This document shows positions 52,058 through 61,994 of a stretch of 64,000 nt of DNA, one piece after another. The stretch lies in contig CAWAHW010000001.1 of NCBI GenBank assembly GCA_963781885.1, positions 612,615 through 676,614 on the forward strand. The letters run 5' to 3'. Made by a program: the position numbers and the translations under genes. The stretch's first letter is position 1; every line of letters begins with the position of its first letter. Below the pieces are notes generated by a model. The model was not told the origin of the DNA. It saw only the letters and a program-made list of their open reading frames with translations, and did not search any database. The stretch comes from an uncultured Spirochaetota bacterium. GTDB lineage: Bacteria > Spirochaetota > Spirochaetia > SZUA-6 > Fen-1364.

Positions 52058-52549
52058 ATGAGCATGGAAGCGACGAAAGAAGCAAGGCCGATCGGGGAGT
52101 TGATCTCCAAGTACCCCAAGACGCGTGAGAACCTGATCTCCATCCTGCAAGAGGTGCAGGCGGAATATGGGTACCTGTCCCGTGAGAGCATCACGACGAT
52201 ATCCAGCTACCTGAATCTTCCTTCATCGAAGATCTTCGGGGTGGCGACCTTCTACAACCAGTTCAAGTTGAAAGCGCCGGGCCGGATCCAGGTCGCGATC
52301 TGCCGCGGCACGGCCTGCCACGTGAAAGGCTCGCTCAACCTGCTCGACGCCTGCCGGCAGAGCCTGGGCATCGAGGTGGGGGAAACCAGCCGTGACGGCC
52401 TGTTCTCCCTGGAGACGGTGGCATGCCTGGGATGCTGCTCCATCGCGCCTGCCATGATGGTGAACGGCAAATTCTTCGGCCGCCTGGACAAGAAGCGGGT
52501 GGAAAGCCTTATCGAGACGTGGCGTGCTGCCGGGAGGATGACGGAATGA
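52058..52549 (+). CDS. hydC: [FeFe]-hydrogenase gamma subunit (NuoE-like 2Fe-2S)
   Basis: VATFY, CRGTACH and CLGCC..AP. Confidence 0.88.
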   Translation: MSMEATKEARPIGELISKYPKTRENLISILQEVQAEYGYLSRESITTISSYLNLPSSKIFGVATFYNQFKLKAPGRIQVAICRGTACHVKGSLNLLDACRQSLGIEVGETSRDGLFSLETVACLGCCSIAPAMMVNGKFFGRLDKKRVESLIETWRAAGRMTE

Positions 52550-54393
52550 ACGCAACGACACAGGGCGCGGCGCGCAAGGTTTTCATCGGCATGGGAACGT
52601 GCGGCCTGGCCACCGGCGCGGCTGAAGTGAAGGTCGCGGTGGAGAAGTGGGCGGCGGCGCACGGGGAGAAGGTGGACATCACGGCCACCGGCTGCATCGG
52701 CTACTGCAAGGCAGAGCCCATCATGGACGTCGTCACGGAGACCGGCCAGCGCGTGTCCTACGGCAACGTGACACCCGAGGTGGCGGGCTTCATCCTCGAC
52801 GAGGTGCTCGTGCGCAAGAACTACAAGCTCGACGGGCTCCTGGGCCAGTTCAAGAACGGCAAGACGCCCCTGGCAGGCATCCCGCTCATCGACGAGCACC
52901 CCTACTTCCGCAAGCAGGTGAAATACGTCCTGCGCAACTGCGGCGTCATCGACCCCGAATCCATCGCCGACTACCGGGCGCAGGGGGGCTTCAAGGGCCT
53001 CGAGCGCGCCATCGCCATGACGCAGGCGGAGGTGATCAAGGAGATCACGGCATCCGGTCTGCGGGGACGCGGCGGAAGCGGCTTCCTCACCGGCAAGAAG
53101 TGGGAGCTCGCGCTGCAGTCGAAGAACGACAAGAAGTACGTGCTCTGCAACGCCGATGAAGGCGACCCGGGCGCCTTCATGGACAGGTCGATCCTCGAAG
53201 GCGACACCTACGCGGTCCTTGAAGGCATGATGATCGCCGGCTATGCCATCGGCGCCGACGAAGGCATCATCTACTGCCGCGCCGAGTACCCGCTTGCCAT
53301 CGAGCGCATCAAGAAGGCCATCGAGCTCCTGAAAAAGGAAGGGCTGCTCGATCACCCCATCGGGCCCCACGCCTTCCGGTTCACGCTGCGCGTGAAGATG
53401 GGCGCGGGCGCATTCGTCTGCGGCGAGGAGACGGCGCTCATGGCGTCCGTGGAAGGACGCCGCGGCATGCCGCGTCCCCGGCCTCCGTTCCCGTCGGTGG
53501 AAGGGCTCTTCCAGAAGCCGTCCATCGTGAACAACGTGGAGACCCTGGCCAACGTGTCCCACATCATGGGCGAAGGCGCGGAGCGCTTCTCCTCCATGGG
53601 CACGCAGACCTCCAAGGGCACGAAGGTGTTCGCGCTCACCGGCAAGGTGGCCAACGCGGGCCTCGTCGAGGTCCCGATGGGCATGACGCTCCGCGAGGTG
53701 GTCTTCGACATCGGCGGCGGCATCCCCGGGGGAAAGGCCTTCAAGGCCGTGCAGATCGGCGGGCCGTCCGGCGGCTGCATCCCCGCCGAGCACCTGGACA
53801 TCAAGATCGACTACGAATCGCTGAAGACGGTCGGCGCCATGATGGGGTCCGGCGGACTGGTCGTCATGGACGAAGACACCTGCATGGTGGACATGGCGCG
53901 CTACTTCACCGCCTTCATCACCTCCGAATCGTGCGGCAAGTGCATTCCCTGCCGCGAGGGCACCCAGAGGCTCTACGAGATCCTCGACTCCATCGTCTCG
54001 CCCTACGCGAAGATGCCGGACGAGGAGGAGAACCTGCTGCGCTTCAACAGGGTGCTCAACATGGAGGGGCTCGCGCAGGTCATCAAGGACACGTCCCTCT
54101 GCGGGCTGGGCCAGAGCGCGCCCAACCCCGTGCTGTCGACCCTGCGCTTCTTCCGCAAGGAATACGAGGCGCACATCTACGACCGCAAGTGCCCCGCCCA
54201 CCAGTGCAAAGGGCTTCTCACGTACACAATCGACACCAACGCCTGCACGGGCTGCACGCTCTGCGCGAAGAAGTGCCCGACTGGGGCGATCGTCGGTGAG
54301 AAGAAGAAGGCGCATTACATCGTGGACGAGAAGTGCATCCGCTGCGGCACGTGCCACGACGTCTGCCGTTTCAGCGCGGTCACGGTGAACTGA
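52546..54393 (+). CDS. hydB: [FeFe]-hydrogenase beta subunit (NuoF-like, FMN/NADH-binding)
   Basis: GLRGRGG, NADEGDPG, FVCGEET, SCGKC.PCREG and C-terminal 2x[4Fe-4S]. Confidence 0.92.
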   Translation: MNATTQGAARKVFIGMGTCGLATGAAEVKVAVEKWAAAHGEKVDITATGCIGYCKAEPIMDVVTETGQRVSYGNVTPEVAGFILDEVLVRKNYKLDGLLGQFKNGKTPLAGIPLIDEHPYFRKQVKYVLRNCGVIDPESIADYRAQGGFKGLERAIAMTQAEVIKEITASGLRGRGGSGFLTGKKWELALQSKNDKKYVLCNADEGDPGAFMDRSILEGDTYAVLEGMMIAGYAIGADEGIIYCRAEYPLAIERIKKAIELLKKEGLLDHPIGPHAFRFTLRVKMGAGAFVCGEETALMASVEGRRGMPRPRPPFPSVEGLFQKPSIVNNVETLANVSHIMGEGAERFSSMGTQTSKGTKVFALTGKVANAGLVEVPMGMTLREVVFDIGGGIPGGKAFKAVQIGGPSGGCIPAEHLDIKIDYESLKTVGAMMGSGGLVVMDEDTCMVDMARYFTAFITSESCGKCIPCREGTQRLYEILDSIVSPYAKMPDEEENLLRFNRVLNMEGLAQVIKDTSLCGLGQSAPNPVLSTLRFFRKEYEAHIYDRKCPAHQCKGLLTYTIDTNACTGCTLCAKKCPTGAIVGEKKKAHYIVDEKCIRCGTCHDVCRFSAVTVN

Positions 54394-54394
54394 A

Positions 54395-54430
54395 GCCACG
54401 GATGGCGAATGCGGCGGAGCCATGGATGGC
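54395..54430. repeat. Two GCCAYGGATGGC palindromic (REP-like) units
   Basis: GCCACGGATGGC and GCCATGGATGGC lie between hydB and hydA. Confidence 0.5.
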
Positions 54431-54458
54431 GGAAGCCGCATAGGAAGCGAGGAGATAT

Positions 54459-56183
54459 ATGGCGACTTTGACGATCAACGGAAGGAAGGTCCAGGCAGCG
54501 CCCGGCGCCTCCATCCTGGACGCGGCAACGGCAGCCGGCGAGCGCATTCCCACCCTCTGCCACATCAAGGAGCTTTTCCCCAGCGGCGCCTGCCGCATGT
54601 GCGTGGTGGAAGTGAAGGGCAAGCCCAACCTCACCCCGTCCTGCGCGTTCCCTGCCGAGGAAGGCATGGAGGTGCAGACTCGCAGCCCGCGCGTGATCAA
54701 CGCCCGGCGCACGATCATCCAGCTCCTGCTTGCAAGCCACCCCTTCGACTGCCTCACCTGCCCGAAGAACGGCTACTGCGAGCTGCAGTCTCTGGCCTCC
54801 GAATACGGCATCGACAGCGTGCCCTTCAAGGGTAAGACACGGCACCACTACACCGATTTCTCCTCGCCGTCGATCATCCGCGAGCCGGACAAGTGCATCC
54901 TCTGCGGCCGCTGCGTCCGCATCTGCGAGGAGATACAGGGCGTGGCCGCCATCGACTTCACCCGGCGCGGCTTCGACACCATGGTCCTCCCTCCCTTTGA
55001 GATGGACCTGAGCGAAACCACCTGCGTGAACTGCGGCCAGTGCACGCTCGCCTGTCCCACGGGCGCGCTCCACGAGGTGCGCGTCGTGGAAAAGGTGATG
55101 CAGACGCTCCAGGAGGGGAAGAAATACCTCGTGGCGCAGGCTGCACCCGCCATTCGCGTGTCCCTGGGGGACTTCTTCGGTCTGCCCCCCGGCACGAACG
55201 TGACGGGCAAGGTCGCCGCGGCGCTGCGCCGCATGGGCTTCCGTCAGGTCTTCGACACGGACTTCGCCGCGGACCTTACGATCATGGAGGAAGGCACGGA
55301 GCTCGTGAACAGGATCAAGAAGAACGAGAAGCTGCCCCTGTTCACCTCGTGTTGCCCGGCCTGGGTCAAGTATGCCGAGATCTACTACCCGGAGCTCCTT
55401 CCCAACATCTCCACCTGCAAGTCGCCGCAGGAGATGATGGGCGCGACGATCAAGAGCTACCTTGCGCACAAGCTGAACATCGACCCGAAGGACATCTTCG
55501 TGGTGTCGGTGATGCCCTGCACGGCCAAGAAGTTCGAGGCGCAGAGGCCCGAGCTCTCCTCCGCCGCGGGCGTGGCGGACGTCGATGCCGTCATCACGAC
55601 GCGCCAGCTCAACCGCATGATGCAGATATTCGGCGTCCAGTTCGAAAGCCTCCCCGAGGAGGAGTTCGACAAGCCCTTCGGCGCATCCACCGGTTCCGGG
55701 GACATATTCGCCGCCTCCGGCGGGGTCATGGAGTCGGCGCTCCGCTCCGCCTACTACCTCCTCACGGGCAAGGACCTCACGAACCTGGAGTTCGCGGACG
55801 TGCGCGGCATGGCGGGAGTCAAGGAAGCGTCGGTCACCATCGGAGACAGGACGATAAAGGTCGCCGTGGCCAACCGTCTCTCCAACGCCCGGCAGATCGC
55901 CGAGCGTGTGAAGGCAGGCGGCGCCCCGTGGGACTTCATCGAGGTCATGGCGTGTCCCGGCGGGTGCGCCGGCGGCGGAGGCCAACTCTTCGGTTACGAC
56001 CCTGAGAGGGTGGAGAAGCGGATCAAGTCGATCTACGCGCTGGAAAAGAGCCGGACCGTCCGCCTCTCCTACAAGAACCCGGCGATAGCGGACGTGTACA
56101 AGGACTATTTCGATGCGCCGGGATCGCACAAGGCGCACGAGCTGCTCCATACGGGTTACTCCGCGCGCGAGGCGCACAAGTAG
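54459..56183 (+). CDS. hydA: [FeFe]-hydrogenase catalytic subunit (group A, electron-bifurcating type)
   Basis: H-cluster motifs TSCCPAW, MPCTAKKFE and EVMACPGGCAGGGGQ; N-terminal 2Fe-2S, His-ligated and 2x[4Fe-4S] domains. Confidence 0.96.
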   Translation: MATLTINGRKVQAAPGASILDAATAAGERIPTLCHIKELFPSGACRMCVVEVKGKPNLTPSCAFPAEEGMEVQTRSPRVINARRTIIQLLLASHPFDCLTCPKNGYCELQSLASEYGIDSVPFKGKTRHHYTDFSSPSIIREPDKCILCGRCVRICEEIQGVAAIDFTRRGFDTMVLPPFEMDLSETTCVNCGQCTLACPTGALHEVRVVEKVMQTLQEGKKYLVAQAAPAIRVSLGDFFGLPPGTNVTGKVAAALRRMGFRQVFDTDFAADLTIMEEGTELVNRIKKNEKLPLFTSCCPAWVKYAEIYYPELLPNISTCKSPQEMMGATIKSYLAHKLNIDPKDIFVVSVMPCTAKKFEAQRPELSSAAGVADVDAVITTRQLNRMMQIFGVQFESLPEEEFDKPFGASTGSGDIFAASGGVMESALRSAYYLLTGKDLTNLEFADVRGMAGVKEASVTIGDRTIKVAVANRLSNARQIAERVKAGGAPWDFIEVMACPGGCAGGGGQLFGYDPERVEKRIKSIYALEKSRTVRLSYKNPAIADVYKDYFDAPGSHKAHELLHTGYSAREAHK

Positions 56184-56290
56184 ACGGAGGCGGACACGCC
56201 GCGGCCGGCGGCCGCACCTGCAGGCGGACCGGCGTGCTTCTATAAACGCGGCGGAGTGTATACGATGCGATTCGTGAGGGCCGGGCCGCC

Positions 56291-56357
56291 TGCCGCAAGG
56301 TCGCGGCCGGGAATGCCGCAAGGTCGCGGCCGGGAATGCCGCAAGGTCGCGGCCGGG
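56291..56357 (+). repeat. 23-bp tandem repeat, about three copies
   Basis: TGCCGCAAGGTCGCGGCCGGGAA starts at 56291, 56314 and 56337 (third copy slightly short). Confidence 0.9.
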
Positions 56358-56377
56358 TGTGAAGGAGGGTTGCGCAG

Positions 56378-56587
56378 TGGCACGCATTCTGATTGTTGAC
56401 GACGACACCGATCTGCTCGATGGCCAGAAGGTCTACCTCGAGAAGAAAGGCTACACGGTGCAGACCGCCCTCAGCATCGACGAGGGTCTTGCCTGCGCAC
56501 GCGAAACGGCACCCAACCTGGTCATCGCCGATCTCATGATGGAGCATTACGACTCGGGATTTGTCTTCTGCAAGAAGTTGCGCGATC
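56378..56587 (+). pseudogene. Response-regulator receiver domain, truncated at a sequence junction
   Basis: GGAGG RBS, RILIVDDD...ADLMM...SGF..CKKLR; homology stops at GATC 56584 and the T/K motifs are missing. Confidence 0.75.
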
Positions 56588-58880
56588 CCTTTGGTGGCGT
56601 AGTAGAGCGCACCGTTGCTGTCGCCCGGTCCAGCGGTAGCCGCGGCCGTTGAGCTGCTGGATGGTCAAGAATGCCTCGTGCGGGCCGCCCGCGTCGTAAT
56701 GCAGCACCGCGCCGTAGTCGGTGTACAGCCGCGACCGCAGCTCCGGCTTGGTCCCCTCCTTGCCGTCGGTCAGGCACCAGAGAAGCTGCCGGGCGAGCCG
56801 GGATCGCTCTTCTTGAGCAGTTCCGCCGCCTGCCGCAGCCGCTCGGCCTCGACGTCGCCCCGCGGCATGGGCGCCGATGGGCACCAGCCGCCGGCAGGGC
56901 TCTTCGCACGGCGCCAGGGCGTCCAGCGTCCAGCGCACCAGGTCCTTGAAAAGCGGATGGGCGAAGATCTGCGTGCCGTCGCAGTGGATCATCGCGTCGG
57001 CCGCGAACGACGGCGTGCCTCAGCGAGGCGATCCAGTAGCAGGCGATGTTCTCCATCCACCGCCCGCCCTGGGTGTTCAGCCGCGGATCGGCTCGCCGCG
57101 TGTACACGTCGAGCCATTCGTTCCAGAACCGCATGAACTCGCTCTTCCACTGCGCCGCATGCGGATGGTTGGGGAAGATCGTGGCGGCCAGGGGCAGGAC
57201 GGGTTTGACCATGGCGACGAAATTCGGATGTCCGCCCATCATGCTCGTGTGCGGCGAGAAGCTGTCCTCGGCCGCGAAGTGGGCGATGAAGATCAGGATC
57301 GAGCGAATGTGCCGCCGCTGCTCCTCCGTCCAGCCCGCCCGGCTGTTGGCGTAGAGCTTGAAATACTCCCAGCGCTGTTGCAGCCGCCGGAAACAGTCCC
57401 AGTAGCGCTGGATCGAAGTGGTAGATACTGGCCGCGGAGGTTCCGCTCCGGCTCGCCGCCTTCGCCCAATAATCGTCGTAGCTGCACTTCTCGCCCTGCG
57501 GATCGTAGGGCGTCAGCGGCTCGTCAAAATCGAAGCACCATGTCCTTGTAGGCGTTGAGGCTGAAGTCGGTCAGCCTCTGCCACAGCCGCACCTCCGGCC
57601 CGGCGCCGAATTGCTCACGGGTCGTCGGTCCGGATAGCCTTCGAGGCTCTTGCGGACGGCATACTGCCGCGGCGGGTTCTTCCTCCGGGCCGCGGACCTG
57701 GTCGGCCGGCGACACGGGCAGCTCGCTGATGACCACTTCCTCGCGCGGGATCAGTCCCAGCGCCCAGTGCCGCTCGTGTCCCACCAGCGCCAGCCTGCGC
57801 GTAGGCGTCTCCCTCGCGCTGGTAGAAGTAGAGGTTCTCCGGCGCGTCGATGTCGCTCCAGACGCGGCGCGGCGGGCGTCTTCCAGTCGCGGGGGCGGTT
57901 GATGGCAAACATCAGGGCGTTGGGGCCATCGTCATTGAAGAAGACCGTTGAGCGCATCACCCCGTACGAGTTGGGCGTGTACAGCCCCAGTTGGTACGGC
58001 AGCGCCCCGTCGGCCCGCAGGTTCCCGGTCGTACGCCCCGCAATACTGCCCGCGGGGGCCGGCGTTGTATCCGCCGTTGCACATCACCAGCCGGGCGTCT
58101 GGCTCCAGCCCCTTGTTGGTACGAGAGCTTCCAGAACGCCGCATCGCCGGGACTGAATCCGCTGAGCAGACTCATCGACCAGCACGTGTTTCTCATTATG
58201 TTGGACCGTCAGGTCCACCTGCCAGGTGCGGTTGCAGTTGAAGATATAGGAGTGGAAGGTATAGAGCAGGCGATACTTGACGAACAGCGGCCCCTGCTCC
58301 ACGATCGTCCCGCGCAGGCTCTCAAGCGTGATGTCCTGCGGCAGCAGCAGCGATCCGCCGCCGATCCATGTCGCTCCCGCCATCGCGCGAAATGCCCAGG
58401 ATCGGGGCCGAGTCGGCCGATGCGGCCGCGCCGTCGGCAGGCACGCGAAGCTGTTGCGAGATTCGCGGCGATCACTGCCGTTCCGTCGGCATTGGTTCTG
58501 AATGTCACATGCGGGGTGAACTTGGCGGTATAGGCCGGATCGTACACCAGCGCTGAACAGCCGGCTGGAACTGCGCGGCAGGTCGCTGCGGAAGTGCACG
58601 GTGGCGCCGGTCAGATAGCCGCCGCTCTCCACGACATTCGGAGAGCTGGTATTCCACCGGCGACTCATCCCCCGCGTGCTGGAGCTTCAAGTGCTCTTTC
58701 TGCACCGCATTGGGCGGGACAGGTGAAGGGGAAGCTGATCAACTCCTCGGGAAAGTCGTAAATCCCCATGTAGTCGACCAGCTTCATCTCGTGGCGCCAT
58801 GGGGCCGTCTGAGCGTGCAAGACGCTGCCGCTGAGAAACACCACTCCACACGTCGCCGCGATCCAGGTTGTCTTCGTCAT
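56588..58880 (-). pseudogene. Large secreted protein, N-terminal part, heavily frameshifted
   Basis: Signal peptide MTKTTWIAATCGVVFLSGSVLHA-Q. Coding-like fragments continue through several frames (EQGPLFVKYRL, RHWALGLIPREE, GHPNF...GGRWMENIACY). Confidence 0.55.
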
Positions 58881-59232
58881 GCTCATCCTTCGTGACTTGT
58901 CCCGAGCTGTCCAACGTGGCTGGGAGTTCCCGAAAAAACTGTTCTGGCACGGCAGACCACCGGGCAGCGTGTCCCAACCGATAGAGCATAATCTATGGAC
59001 ACGTACTTGGGCAATCGTTTCTAGAGATCGCGGACGATTTTCGCGGCAGCCTCGCCACAGCTAGACCGCACGGGGCACGTGTGCCAGCTTTTCGACGTCA
59101 GCGACGTCAAAGTCCACCGGGTTTCCTCGGCTCCGCACCCAAAGCTGCCCCGCTGGGCGTGCTGAACACCGGAGCCGAAAAACCAACCATTTTTGACACC
59201 GCGGTCGGCGTCAATATAATGGGCGTTGGAAG

Positions 59233-60860
59233 GTAGCTGTCCATTTTGTGAAACTGGCGCTGCATGATTTTGAGGAATTGGTTATGAAGGAGGCATGGAC
59301 GTCGAGCAACTCAAGGAAGATGTTCGCGAGGGGCGGATCACAGCCGATCGGCTGATCGAATTGGTCGTGACGTTGCAGCGGGAGTTGCAGGCGGCGAAGG
59401 AGCGGATCGAGAAGTTGGAACGGCAACTGGGCGGCGCGCCAACGCCAAAGATTTCGGAGCCGTTCTCGGTACGGGCGGAAGAACAGCGGCAGGAGGCGCG
59501 GGGAAAGCAACGGCGCAAACGAAAGCGGCGGTCGCAGGGCGGGCGGATGACTACCGCGGAGAAGGTCGCTCAGGCGGCACGGACGGAGAAAGTGTTTCCG
59601 GCGGGCGTGCCGGAAGCGGACTGCTGGCTGTCGCACACGCGGCCGGTATGGCGGTTGGAGAACGGCCAAGCGGTGTTGGTGGCCTATGAAATCTATCGCG
59701 GCCCGCGCAGTCAATACGGCAAAATCCTCGGCGTTTTCGGCCGCAGCGAGTTTGGGGTCGAAATCGTGCTGGCCCTTGCGTATCAGGTGTACGTGGTGGG
59801 GCTCTCGTTCGACAAAGCCTGCCTGCTGATGAACTTCTTCCAGCACCTGAAACTGCGGAAGTCGCAGGCCAACGCCCTGTTGAGTCAATTGGCGCGGCAG
59901 TGGGAAGGGGAGTTCGAGCTGCTGTGCCTGCTGCTGGCAAACTCGCTGGTGGTACATACCGACGAGACAGGCTGGAGCATCAACAGCGTGTGGGCATTTC
60001 TCTCGGAGAAAGTCCGCGTGGTGCTTTTCGGTGTCCCGAAGGATGCCCAGACGCTGCAGCAGATTCTCGATCCGGCGACGTTCGCAGGGATTGTCATCAG
60101 CGATGACGCGGCGGTGTATGCGAACTTCACGCAGTCGCAGAAATGCTGGGCGCATTTTCTGCGAAAGGCGATCAAGTTGACGCTGCTGGAGCCGACCAAC
60201 GCTGAGTACCGCCACTTCACCGATCGGCTGCTGGAAATCTACCGTAAAGCCTGTCGGGTGCAGCGTGACCGGCGCCTCAGTGCGGAGGGTCGCCAGCAGA
60301 AAGTGGCGCTGCTGGACGATGAGGTTTTTGACCTGTGCTTTCCGATGTGGGTGGCCGAACTGCCGCCAGGCGAAGGCCCGGCAGACGACTATCGACGGCT
60401 GTGCAACGAACTGATGCGGGTGATGCTGGCCCGGCAACTTTTCACGTTCGTCACGGCGGAACCGGTGCAGAAGCCCAATGGGGAAACGCTGCTGGTGTCG
60501 GGAACGAACAACGAAGCCGAACGGACACTCCGCTCTCCCGCGCAGGCTCGGGACACCGGCCGCACCAACAAGACGGTGCCCGGCGCGCGGCGTCAAACGG
60601 TGGTCGTGAGCGTGCTGGAATCGCTCCGGCAGTATCTTTCGACGTATACCCTGTCGAGCGTGATCGAAGAAGTCCAACACTGGGCCACCGTAGGCCGGAG
60701 TTGCTTTGCCCGCTTGGCAGAGAAGCTCGGTTTGACCAACTCTGGCTCTCCGGCCGATGATTGTCCCGCGCTTTTGCATCGTTTGCTTCCCGTGCCGGAT
60801 GGATAAAAAGCTCGGGCGAGAGCAGGCATTCGCACGGATCGGCGAACCGTGAACAATTTC
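59233..60860 (+). mobile_element. IS66-family element (single-ORF type)
   Basis: Imperfect ends GTAGCTGTCCA and TGAACAATTTC bracket the transposase; no target duplication seen. Confidence 0.65.
59295..60806 (+). CDS. IS66-family transposase
   Basis: N-terminal coiled coil, HTDETGW, ISDD..VY, QKCWAH..RK and TNNEAERTLR. Confidence 0.9.
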   Translation: MDVEQLKEDVREGRITADRLIELVVTLQRELQAAKERIEKLERQLGGAPTPKISEPFSVRAEEQRQEARGKQRRKRKRRSQGGRMTTAEKVAQAARTEKVFPAGVPEADCWLSHTRPVWRLENGQAVLVAYEIYRGPRSQYGKILGVFGRSEFGVEIVLALAYQVYVVGLSFDKACLLMNFFQHLKLRKSQANALLSQLARQWEGEFELLCLLLANSLVVHTDETGWSINSVWAFLSEKVRVVLFGVPKDAQTLQQILDPATFAGIVISDDAAVYANFTQSQKCWAHFLRKAIKLTLLEPTNAEYRHFTDRLLEIYRKACRVQRDRRLSAEGRQQKVALLDDEVFDLCFPMWVAELPPGEGPADDYRRLCNELMRVMLARQLFTFVTAEPVQKPNGETLLVSGTNNEAERTLRSPAQARDTGRTNKTVPGARRQTVVVSVLESLRQYLSTYTLSSVIEEVQHWATVGRSCFARLAEKLGLTNSGSPADDCPALLHRLLPVPDG

Positions 60861-61010
60861 CCGAACGCATGTACAGCCGGAGGCAATCATTTCTCTCCAC
60901 GCCTTCAACTTCCCACAGCCCGACTCTCGATTCATTCCTTCCTCTACGCGCTCATCGCATTGAGAAGCGCCCTCCCTCTCAGTCCGCTACACCCGGCACA
61001 GTTTCAACAT

Positions 61011-61601
61011 CTACGAAGAAAAATACCCGGTGCCATCCAACGAGAGCAAGTAACATCCCTGATAGAAAACGAACGGCTCCAGGGCCTTCCCACGCTGGAG
61101 TTGGCGAAACACAACGTCGAACAAGGGGCGGAACTGCCGTGGGGCCACGGGGTCGAGGATCTCTCGCATGTGCGTGTCCGAGGGAACGCGGGTGATCCTA
61201 AACAGATTCCGCATGTTCTCGTCGTTGCGGTGCTCCTCAAATGCCAGCAACGAGGGGTCCTTCAGCGAAAACATGCCGAAGGCTGACATCAGTGCGTCCG
61301 TCAAGGAAATCGGACACTTCCGCCCGCGATGGTCGGGGATCTTCTCAAACCTAAGCCGCAACAACTCGTACAGCGCGTCGGCTGAAAGATGCTTGCGCAA
61401 CCGCGGGACATGTTCTTCGGGAGGGGAAGGCAGGATCACGGCGACTCCTTTCGCCCTGCACAGAGTAATCATCCTTGCTGGCAAACCGCCATCTTATCAT
61501 CTTTACGCCTCGAAATAGACGATTGTTCACAGATGGTTTACGAAAACCTCTTCACCTTTACCCCCAATTTACGCCCTTTTCAGCTTCGTCGGGAATCGCT
61601 G
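61011..61601 (-). mobile_element. Truncated DDE transposase element (ISNCY-like), 5' part
   Basis: ORF 61011..61484 (IPDHR...DALMS.F.MF.LK.PSLLAF...PSDT.MREILD...SLDGTGYFSS) stops just after the first catalytic Asp. Putative left end CAGCGATTCCCG at 61601. Confidence 0.7.
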
Positions 61602-61682
61602 ACAACCTGTTGACTCAATATCGCTTCGAGGCTCCACGGAAGCGTCACTTTCAACCTCAAGCCGCTCGGCTGGAATCGGGGA

Positions 61683-61994
61683 TTACAAACCCAAGTTGAA
61701 ATTGTCCGAAATCGCCTTGACCGTTGCCTTCATGCCGGGGTCCAATGCTACGGCCTCCAACAGGTCCTTCCTAGCTTCCTCGGTCTTTCCCACTGCGGCG
61801 TAGGCAACTCCTCGGCCCCAATATGCCACCGCATCTTGCGGATCGAGTTCGATGGCTTTGGTGAACTCGGCGATGGCTTCCGTGTGTCGGCCTAATCTGC
61901 CATAGGCACTTCCACCGTTGCTATATGCCTCGGCATATTTCGGACTGAGTTCGATGGATTTGGTGAACTCAGCGATGGCTTGTGTGTATTGGCC
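61683..61994 (-). pseudogene. TPR-repeat protein C-terminal fragment, cut by IS66
   Basis: TPR repeats AIAEFTK(S/A)IEL.P..A.AY; the 5' part is replaced by the IS66 end at 61995. Confidence 0.8.

Noticed and set aside
52058-54393. nuoE/nuoF of respiratory complex I
   Set aside because: They are followed by an H-cluster subunit and there are no membrane nuo genes, so they are hydrogenase subunits.
56291-56357. Possible CRISPR array
   Set aside because: The repeats are directly adjacent with no spacers, and there are no cas genes.
26365-56408. Other long opposite-strand ORFs (26365..28743, 30693..32657, 37186..39966, 47769..49511, 52252..54441, 54315..56408)
   Set aside because: Each mirrors a well-supported gene on the other strand or overlaps one in another frame.
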